This document shows, piece after piece, positions 7,494 through 12,880 of a stretch of 14,252 nt of DNA (position 1 is the first letter of the stretch; every line of letters starts with the position of its first letter). Both the position numbers and the translations under genes were made by a program. The notes under the pieces were generated by a model. That model saw nothing but the letters and a program-made list of their open reading frames with translations. It ran no database searches and had not been told where the DNA came from. The stretch comes from Candidatus Woesearchaeota archaeon (GTDB lineage Archaea > Nanobdellota > Nanobdellia > UBA10117), in contig CAZUEL010000018.1 in the NCBI GenBank assembly GCA_964619325.1, positions 1-14,252 of the forward strand, read 5' to 3'.

Positions 7494-7927
7494 ATCTTAT
7501 CAACCTCGGCCGCATACTGCTTCACTCTCTCAACAGCCGGCTTCACAAGGAACTCAACCAGATATTTCTCAATGATTGGCGTGACTGCCCCGAACTCTGC
7601 AATTCTATAACCCGATGCAGAATGCTCCACGAGTTTTAGCTCTTTCAAACGCCGCAGCTGGCGGCGGATGTTTGGCGCGGATGCGCCGTTCTTGCCATTC
7701 AGCGCCGAAAGAAAGTGCTCGACTTGCATCATTCTCTTCTCCCGCCGCGCATCCAGTAGATTAGAAAATATGTCCACCAGCACATCACGGGACTCGCCTG
7801 GATTCAGAAGTCCGATTGACAGCAAGAATTTCTTGGACAGCTCGCGCTTGTCTAATTTTCCCGGCTCTTCGTACTTCCGTAAAGTAATTTCCTGCAGTGG
7901 CATGTCCTTGAGTGCGCGCTTGGGCAT
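7490..7927 (-). CDS. Winged-helix DNA-binding protein (145 aa), translationally coupled to the SET gene
   Basis: The HTH plus wing is read from APNIRRQLRRLKELKLVEHSASGYRI. The N-terminal LSIGLLNPGESRDVLVDIF region is helical. A GTTTAATAGTA box lies about 25 nt upstream of the ATG. Confidence 0.6.
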   Translation of the reverse strand: MPKRALKDMPLQEITLRKYEEPGKLDKRELSKKFLLSIGLLNPGESRDVLVDIFSNLLDARREKRMMQVEHFLSALNGKNGASAPNIRRQLRRLKELKLVEHSASGYRIAEFGAVTPIIEKYLVEFLVKPAVERVKQYAAEVDKM

Positions 7928-7961
7928 AAAGTTATTTAAAGAGAGATACTATTAAACGTTT

Positions 7962-8555
7962 ATGCTAGAAGAGTTCCACAAAAAATTTCCTGCATTCCGC
8001 GAGAGGCTGCTCGCTCCATTTCTGCTCAAAACAAATCCTGCGTACATCAGCCTGCTCGCCCTGGTTTTTGCTGGCCTTGCAGGTTACTTCTTCTATCAGC
8101 GGATGTTCCTGCTAGCGGGAATTTCAGTTCTGCTGAACGGTTTCTTTGACATTCTGGATGGCGAGATAGCAAAAAAGTTTGGTTCAATTTCTGTGTTTGG
8201 AGATTTCCTAGACCATACGTTCGATAGGCTTGCTGACGTTGCGATGTTTGCTGGCGTTGCCTTACTAAATGAAATCCCTGTCTGGCTCGGCTGGCCAGCA
8301 ATTATTCTCGTCTTACTAGTTTCGTACTTAGGAACGCAGGCGCAAGCCCTAACTGGCAAGCGGTTGTACTCCGCTTGGATGGGCCGCGGTGACAGGGTGA
8401 TTGTTTTGGGTGTGGCAGGCCTGCTTGCCGCTTACTCTGGAGTTGCAGTCTTATATTACGCACTGCTGTTAGTGTTGATTCTGTCTGCGGTAACGTTTGT
8501 GCACAGGTTTTGGGTGATTTACAAGGATGTTAGGGGCCCGGGCAGAAAGGCTTAA
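7962..8555 (+). CDS. CDP-alcohol phosphatidyltransferase (archaetidyl head-group transferase; polar head not assignable)
   Basis: The signature Dx2DGx2Ax8Gx3Dx3D is intact: DILDGEIAKKFGSISVFGDFLDHTFDRLAD. The protein has about 6 TM helices and is 197 aa. A TTATTTAAAG box lies about 25 nt upstream. Confidence 0.85.
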   Translation: MLEEFHKKFPAFRERLLAPFLLKTNPAYISLLALVFAGLAGYFFYQRMFLLAGISVLLNGFFDILDGEIAKKFGSISVFGDFLDHTFDRLADVAMFAGVALLNEIPVWLGWPAIILVLLVSYLGTQAQALTGKRLYSAWMGRGDRVIVLGVAGLLAAYSGVAVLYYALLLVLILSAVTFVHRFWVIYKDVRGPGRKA

Positions 8556-8580
8556 AAAGAGCTTCTCCACGTGAGGTAGT

Positions 8581-9216
8581 ATGGCAGGTAAACCGGGCAT
8601 TCTTTCTGGACCAATGCGCGACGCAATAGGAAATTTAACCAGCGGAGAATTAGAAAAAGCGCTAAAGCCAACAGGAGATGCAGTTCGTACAGCCTATGTG
8701 GCACAACAAAAAGCACAACAACGCTTTTTCAAAGACCGGCAAAGAGAGTTAGCCGTGGTAATATCTGAATTCGCACAAGACCCAAATATTCGTGCTTTTT
8801 TTGACAATAACTATACTCGATGGCATTTAGAACATGATATGCGACCTGGCCTACCGATTTGCGAGTGGGATCACGGTGTGGCCATATCTGGAATTTATTT
8901 AACACCTAGCGCGGTCGCTGTAAAAATAACCCCTGGATATTATACGAAAGGAGTTCTCGTTGTAAAATACGCTGGATGGAGGGGCAGTATTTCTGAAGCC
9001 TGTGCTGTGACCGCAGTGGCCAAAGTAGCAAAAATGTTGCCGGTTGATGCGGACTGGCAACCAACACGGGAAGCGCTTGCAACGAAATTAGAAGCCGGCG
9101 TTGATAACGTATTAAGTGAAATAAGAGCTAAATTGAGTGCTCAAAACACCGTATCAATAGAGGAGCCACGTAATGGTTTTCCGCCGCCGGGCAGATTTAG
9201 TGGACCAAAGAGATAG
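8581..9216 (+). CDS. Hypothetical soluble protein (211 aa), no recognised family
   Basis: The long ORF has core-like composition and an SD-like GTGAGGT 4 nt upstream. It lies between the two lipid genes. Its stop abuts the stop of convergent carS with 0 bp of spacer. Confidence 0.55.
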   Translation: MAGKPGILSGPMRDAIGNLTSGELEKALKPTGDAVRTAYVAQQKAQQRFFKDRQRELAVVISEFAQDPNIRAFFDNNYTRWHLEHDMRPGLPICEWDHGVAISGIYLTPSAVAVKITPGYYTKGVLVVKYAGWRGSISEACAVTAVAKVAKMLPVDADWQPTREALATKLEAGVDNVLSEIRAKLSAQNTVSIEEPRNGFPPPGRFSGPKR

Positions 9217-9783
9217 CTACCAAGGCTCACTCTTTAGTTTTAGCTTGAACCCAACCCAGTTTGTTGCTAAGTGGAGGGCTGGCGTCAGTATCAGAAGCGT
9301 TACAAAATAGGCTGGATTGAAAGCCCGGTAAAATAGCCAGTAAAGGAAGAACGCTCCGAGGATTAAATCAATCTGGTCAAACGGAAACCAAGAGGCACCC
9401 CTCACTTTTCCGAGCCTGCGCTTGAAGAAGCTCTTTACCAAATCGCCGAATAGGGCGCCGAAGCCTAAAATCAGGCCGACCTTCAGGCCTACTAGTGGCA
9501 AGCCATTAATTGCTGGCCTCAGGTAGCTTTGCAGCAGACCGATGAGCCCGCCGGCTAGCGTTCCGGCAATCAAACCGTTCCAGCTCTTGCCGTCCCCGAG
9601 AACTCTCACTTTGTCATTTAAGGTAATATGGAAATCTATGGGATATCTGTGCCTGCCCCAGAGTTTCTGTGTTATTACTGGGGCCATGTTTGCTAGATAG
9701 GCCGGCAGGATGAACCAAACCGCTTCGAAAACTAATAATACTGAATAGATGGTAGGCAAGCCGTGGGAAGGATCGTATGGCAT
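9217..9783 (-). CDS. carS: CDP-archaeol synthase (CDP-2,3-bis-O-geranylgeranyl-sn-glycerol synthase)
   Basis: The sequence is collinear with characterised CarS (A. fulgidus type). Shared motifs are PIDF...LGDGKSWNG, FGALFGDLVKSFFKRRLG, PFDQIDL and the C-terminal LTPALHLATNWVGFKLKLKSEPW. Confidence 0.9.
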   Translation of the reverse strand: MPYDPSHGLPTIYSVLLVFEAVWFILPAYLANMAPVITQKLWGRHRYPIDFHITLNDKVRVLGDGKSWNGLIAGTLAGGLIGLLQSYLRPAINGLPLVGLKVGLILGFGALFGDLVKSFFKRRLGKVRGASWFPFDQIDLILGAFFLYWLFYRAFNPAYFVTLLILTPALHLATNWVGFKLKLKSEPW

Positions 9784-9784
9784 C

Positions 9785-9946
9785 TCACTTTCCCACCTTG
9801 ACTTTATAATAACATCTCGGGCAGGTCACGTAAAACGGGCTCTTTCCCCCGTATTGCCAGCGGTATTTGCAGTGGTGGCAGGAAATTGTTTTTGGTTGTG
9901 TTTTTCGTTTTCCAGCTCGATTTTTTAGTTTCCTTGTTTTTGCCAT
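9785..9946 (-). CDS. 53-aa basic zinc-ribbon mini-protein, absent from the ORF track
   Basis: My hand translation is MAKTRKLKNRAGKRKTQPKTISCHHCKYRWQYGGKSPFYVTCPRCYYKVKVGK. It has a CxxC-x17-CxxC ribbon after a Lys/Arg-rich tail. Its TGA ends 1 nt before the carS ATG, and GGTGGGAAAG could serve as the carS SD. A CTTAAAAAC box lies about 27 nt upstream of its own ATG. Confidence 0.6.
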   Translation of the reverse strand: MAKTRKLKNRAGKRKTQPKTISCHHCKYRWQYGGKSPFYVTCPRCYYKVKVGK

Positions 9947-9993
9947 AGATCTTCTCACAGGTTAAAGTTTTTAAGCGTTTGTTTTCTGAAAAA

Positions 9994-10057
9994 TACTACT
10001 CACTCACTTATCTACTACTCACCTACTATCTACCTACTACTTACTTACTATCTACTC
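9994..10057. repeat. Degenerate TAC/ACT-rich tandem repeat inside a 77-nt G-free tract (9989-10065)
   Basis: The sequence is TACTACTCACTCACTTATC / TACTACTCACCTACTATC / TACCTACTACTTACTTACTATC / TACTC. That gives about three units of 18-22 nt, each ending in TATC. The plus strand has no G between 9989 and 10065. Confidence 0.8.
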
Positions 10058-10211
10058 AATAAACCGGATGACACTGGCTTTACACTAATTTTTGCGAATT
10101 TTCTGCTAGAAAACTAAGTTAAAGCAGGCGTATGGAATAATATTGAAACAATAAGTTAAATAGTTTGAGTTTTAATTAAAGATTTTATTTAAACTTAAAC
10201 AGTATAGAACA

Positions 10212-10854
10212 CTAAACCGCTAGCCTCGGGCTCGCCTGCAGCTTCAGTTTGTCTTCTGGAGTGGCAACTGGCTGACCCCGTTCCTTTGCCAGCCTGCGTG
10301 CGGTGTGATTTATGACCTGCTATGGTATTTTGTAGTTGTGGTATGCAACCCAGCCCCGCAGCGCGGCGATTGTTAAAAGTACTGCGGATGGCAGTATGGC
10401 AGCACCACCGATAGCCAGAAGCCAGCCTGCAATCTGTGTGTGCCGGTTGTAGCTTATTTTCTGAAAAAATGGGTTGAGTTCCAGCCCATCTGCAGTTTTG
10501 GCTGCACGAATTGTAGTGCCGTGATCCGCTAGTTAGTAAGACAAATGTGAGTGGTATCACGCTTGCCGCAACTGTCCTTGGAAGCACCTCTTTGAAAAAC
10601 TCACCTGTGAGCCTCCAGAGCGAGGGTTTTTCCCTAAGCTCTAAGCGGTTTTGCGTAGCATATGTCCTTTGCACCAGAGAGGCCAGCCTGTCGTCAGACT
10701 CTTACGTAAGTGACTTAATAAGTACAGATTCAAGGCCGCGGTCTGCAGCAGCTTGTATGATGGCCCGTTCGGGTGTAAGAAGCCTGCCACCTTGCAGGGT
10801 TTGCGCATAGCGTACGAGTGGCCTGCTGGAGTTGCGAATGGTATTATAAGTCAT
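10212..10854 (-). pseudogene. Disrupted gene for a membrane protein with a D..TT...G.E.NP motif (DUF5658-like); two in-frame stops and one frameshift
   Basis: The hand translation from ATG 10854 is MTYNTIRNSSRPLVRYAQTLQGGRLLTPERAIIQAAADRGLESVLIKSLT, then an in-frame TAA (10702-10704). It continues ESDDRLASLVQRTYATQNRLELREKPSLWRLTGEFFKEVLPRTVAASVIPLTFVLLTS. A 1-nt frame change occurs near 10520-10535. The new frame reads (LA)DHGTTIRAAKTADGLELNPFFQKISYNRHTQIAGWLLAIGGAAILPSAVLLTIAALRGWVAYHNYKIP, then an in-frame TAG (10320-10322). It ends QVINHTARRLAKERGQPVATPEDKLKLQASPRLAV with a stop at 10212-10214. An ATATTTAAAG box is still present about 28 nt upstream of the ATG. Confidence 0.55.
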
Positions 10855-10974
10855 ATAATTTTGGGAGAAATCCACTTTAAATATTCTTAAAGTTCAATGA
10901 AATATTCAATATTACCTATTAAGTGCATATTATTTGATTTAAACTTAAATTAACTAATCTATTGTTATCTTATA

Positions 10975-11002
10975 GAAAATTGCGCTAATGTGCGCAATTT
11001 TC
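10975..11002. repeat. Perfect 11-bp inverted repeat with a 6-nt spacer (GAAAATTGCGC taatgt GCGCAATTTTC)
   Basis: I checked exact complementarity base by base for 10975-10985 against 10992-11002. The repeat lies in the AT-rich spacer between the pseudogene promoter and the GC-rich island. Confidence 0.85.
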
Positions 11003-11099
11003 TAGGTATTATGCGCCTTTTTTGAATTTTCGCGAGTTTAGCTTCAAAAAGTGCACATAATACGTGTTATATTCACCTTACAAACTGCTACCTCTAACT

Positions 11100-11262
11100 T
11101 ATACTGGGGCGGGCAGTAAACCGTAAATTTTCCTGCTGTTGCTTTCGTTTAACGGACCGAACTGACGGAGGCGCACAGATTCTGGCCTGCACGCCTAACA
11201 AGCGTTAAACGGCTCGGCTTCGCCTCGACCCAAATTTTTGAGTGGGGGGCGGGGCGACCGAA
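11100..11262 (-). ncRNA. Candidate structured RNA or relic: a GC-rich island in an AT-rich spacer with nested helices that fold better on the minus strand
   Basis: The outer 9-bp helix pairs 11146-11154 (CGTTTAACG) with 11203-11211 (CGTTAAACG). The inner 10-bp helix pairs 11169-11178 with 11187-11196. Its two non-Watson-Crick positions are C-A/A-C on the plus strand but U-G/G-U wobbles on the minus strand. All frames are interrupted by stops. I recognise no family, and strand and ends are uncertain. Confidence 0.25.
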
Positions 11263-11272
11263 AAGCTTTTAA

Positions 11273-11295
11273 GTTACATATGTTACATAAGTAAC
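11273..11295. promoter_or_regulatory. 23-bp near-perfect palindrome and tandem GTTACATA repeats between the TATA-like box and ATG 11300; candidate operator
   Basis: GTTACATATGTTACATAAGTAAC has 10 of 11 symmetric positions paired. GTTACATA occurs at 11273 and 11282 (9-bp period). An AAAAGCTTTTAAG box (11261-11273) lies just upstream, and the ATG is 4 nt downstream. Confidence 0.55.
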
Positions 11296-11299
11296 TAGA

Positions 11300-11536
11300 A
11301 TGGAAACTGAATCAGTTATCGTAAGATTAAATGGAAAAGAAGCGGAGCTGCTAAGTAAAACAAAAACTGAACTTTTACAGTATGGCATACCTGAACAGGT
11401 TTTATGTGCGATCGATGCAAAATCGATAGACGATTATTTTAAAAAAATGCAGCGGGATGCTTTAGTAACTGGCGCAATTGTTGGTTTAGGATTAGCAGCT
11501 CTTTTGTATCTTTTGACGAGGCAAAATGCTAGCTAA
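11300..11536 (+). CDS. 78-aa tail-anchored membrane protein; the N-terminus is weakly RHH-like
   Basis: SVIVRLNGKEAELLSKTKTELLQYGIPEQVLCAIDAKSIDDYFKKM could be a beta-strand plus two helices. The C-terminal TM is LVTGAIVGLGLAALLYLL. The stop overlaps the next gene's start by 11 nt. Confidence 0.5.
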   Translation: METESVIVRLNGKEAELLSKTKTELLQYGIPEQVLCAIDAKSIDDYFKKMQRDALVTGAIVGLGLAALLYLLTRQNAS

Positions 11537-11807
11537 ATTTACTGCCATTTTTAGCAAATGGTATGATAAACAGTCCAAAATCGTAACTGGTTTGTTGTCA
11601 TTGCTTGCTGCATGGGTTGGTTATAAAATTTTAGATAGCATGTTCAGTATTTATTCAAATCTTAAGTTTACAAATTTTGATGAGATTGCAGCTATGTTTA
11701 AGGTACAAATAATACTAGACATTTTAATATTAATAATGCTCTTATTAGTTATATTCGGAGCAAACAAAAGTATTAAAAAACATAAACGAGTAAGGAAGAA
11801 AAAATGA
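11526..11807 (+). CDS. 93-aa two-TM membrane protein with a poly-basic C-terminus
   Basis: The TM helices are IVTGLLSLLAAWVGYKIL and VQIILDILILIMLLLVIFG, and the tail is KKHKRVRKKK. The stop overlaps the next ATG (ATGA). Confidence 0.5.
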   Translation: MLAKFTAIFSKWYDKQSKIVTGLLSLLAAWVGYKILDSMFSIYSNLKFTNFDEIAAMFKVQIILDILILIMLLLVIFGANKSIKKHKRVRKKK

Positions 11808-11905
11808 TACGGCTATCAAAGTTAAACGAGTTCGCGGTAAGCGTCATTATGATAATAATTTTGTATTATATTTTAAAATTAATTTTAGGCACGTTGCCAC
11901 ATTAA
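11804..11905 (+). CDS. 33-aa single-TM mini-protein, absent from the ORF track
   Basis: My hand translation is MIRLSKLNEFAVSVIMIIILYYILKLILGTLPH. It has an ATGA overlap with the upstream ORF and ends 9 nt before the stop of the convergent endonuclease gene. Confidence 0.35.
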   Translation: MIRLSKLNEFAVSVIMIIILYYILKLILGTLPH

Positions 11906-11914
11906 AAATTTAAC

Positions 11915-12880
11915 TTACTTAGTTAACTCTTTTGCTTTGAATAGTATTTTTTTGCTCTCTAATTCTTCATTATATTTTTTAGTGATTTGTGGAACTAATT
12001 TATCTAATTCCTCCGCACCGGGCGGAGTTTTTACTTTGAACCCTTCTTTTTTCAAATACTCCGCAATTTTTAGCAATGCTTTCGGGTCTCGTAACTCTAT
12101 TATATTAACACCTTTTTTCTTGCCCTCCGCAATCATCATTGTTGTAATTCTATCGACTAAAAAAAGTCCAACTTCGCGGGCCAGTGCTTCGTCACCTATT
12201 TCAGGATTTCCGATGCCCAATAGCTTAAATTCTATTTGAATAACTTTCTTTTGATCGTCACTTAATATTATTCCATCTATTTCTCTGTTTCCAACAAAAC
12301 CTTTCTTTTTCATTTCATCAGATACTAAAATATAATTTTTAGGCGGTATGCCTAGCAATTCAAATATTGTGAAAAGTAATTTTTTCTCAACTTTTTTGCC
12401 AACCTCGCTCCACGCACCACCCTGCACTGTAAGTTTCATGGAAGAAATTGTATTAAGCAATAAAACTGACTCTTGCTCAGACAAAATAATTTCTTTTTTA
12501 TTATATTTTAATTTTATTTCTATGCTTGGCAAACCGTCATGCATTTTTTGTATTTCATTAATAAGCATTTTCATTACATTAATATTTTCTTTTCCTAAAT
12601 CAATGCAAACTTGCCTTGCAGTTGTGTTCGCCATGTTAGCAACGGTTTTATTATTTAAACCCACAAACCACAGCAATTCCTTTTTTGAAATAGACAAATT
12701 ATTTACAAACTCATCTGCCCACCAATCAGCGGATTTATTTCGTTTGCGCGCTTCTAAGATAGTTTTGAGTAATGAATAAACCGTATCTACAAATCTTTTA
12801 TTTATTGTGGCCAGAACATATGGGCGATAATCTTTGCCTTTAAGTACAGAAATAATTATTTTATCTATATATTTTTCCAT
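11915..12880 (-). CDS. Probable type II restriction endonuclease (PD-(D/E)xK candidate)
   Basis: It lies immediately downstream of the DNA methyltransferase and overlaps it by 20 nt on the same strand. The candidate catalytic motif is E200-I-D202-x14-E217-F-K219 (REIDGIILSDDQKKVIQIEFK). The composition is K/I/N-rich and AT-rich like its partner. I cannot name the family or specificity. Confidence 0.6.
   Translation of the reverse strand: MEKYIDKIIISVLKGKDYRPYVLATINKRFVDTVYSLLKTILEARKRNKSADWWADEFVNNLSISKKELLWFVGLNNKTVANMANTTARQVCIDLGKENINVMKMLINEIQKMHDGLPSIEIKLKYNKKEIILSEQESVLLLNTISSMKLTVQGGAWSEVGKKVEKKLLFTIFELLGIPPKNYILVSDEMKKKGFVGNREIDGIILSDDQKKVIQIEFKLLGIGNPEIGDEALAREVGLFLVDRITTMMIAEGKKKGVNIIELRDPKALLKIAEYLKKEGFKVKTPPGAEELDKLVPQITKKYNEELESKKILFKAKELTK

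Noticed and set aside
79-8359. Many track ORFs lie antisense to or out of frame with the called genes. Examples are 79-276, 101-427, 486-731, 795-1007, 1010-1243, 1052-1285, 1435-1833, 1570-1764, 1589-1813, 2202-2408, 2266-2463, 2737-2940, 3142-3336, 3364-3582, 3894-4079, 4394-4600, 4961-5374, 5095-5388, 6271-6528, 6287-6514, 7391-7639, 7668-7955, 8047-8301 and 8096-8359.
   Set aside because: Each lies entirely within a longer ORF that carries clear family motifs. Their translations are low-complexity (S/P/R/C-rich) shadow frames with no start context.
9994-10057. I considered whether the TAC-rich repeat is a CRISPR array or a coding low-complexity segment.
   Set aside because: The units are contiguous and degenerate with no unique spacers. 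There is no start codon in the open frame and no cas genes.
10320-10704. I considered stop-codon reassignment or an alternative genetic code as the explanation for the in-frame TAA and TAG.
   Set aside because: TAA, TAG and TGA all terminate well-supported genes in this window. Two different stop codons plus a frameshift in one gene point to decay or sequence error rather than recoding.
10195-10810. Track ORFs 10195-10674 (-) and 10547-10810 (+) were considered as intact genes.
   Set aside because: The minus ORF is protein-like only in its first 50 or so codons. It then becomes a C/R/S-rich out-of-frame read of the disrupted gene, and the real signal continues in the adjacent frame. The plus ORF is antisense to that gene. 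Both are better explained by the pseudogene reconstruction.
10187-10949. The exact 13-mer ATTTAAACTTAAA occurs at 10187-10199 and 10937-10949, flanking the pseudogene. I considered it as possible att or target-site duplication repeats.
   Set aside because: A 13-nt A/T-only match is expected by chance in AT-rich spacers of a 14-kb window. The flanks do not extend the match. The enclosed DNA has core-like composition rather than foreign composition. Attempted alignment of the two flanks as terminal inverted repeats was not collinear.
10860-11100. I considered a replication origin (ORB-like element), prompted by GGAGAAATCCAC at about 10863-10875 and the AT-rich repeats.
   Set aside because: There is a single weak TCCAC-containing word and no inverted ORB pair flanking a duplex-unwinding element. 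No cdc6/orc1 gene is nearby.
11100-11262. I looked for a tRNA, a tRNA half, a box C/D sRNA or an SRP RNA in the GC-rich island.
   Set aside because: I could not build a cloverleaf: there is no 7-bp acceptor stem and no GTTCRANYC-type T-loop. There is no RUGAUGA C box, only a lone CTGA. The length and motifs do not fit SRP or RNase P RNA. I kept it only as an unclassified structured-RNA candidate.
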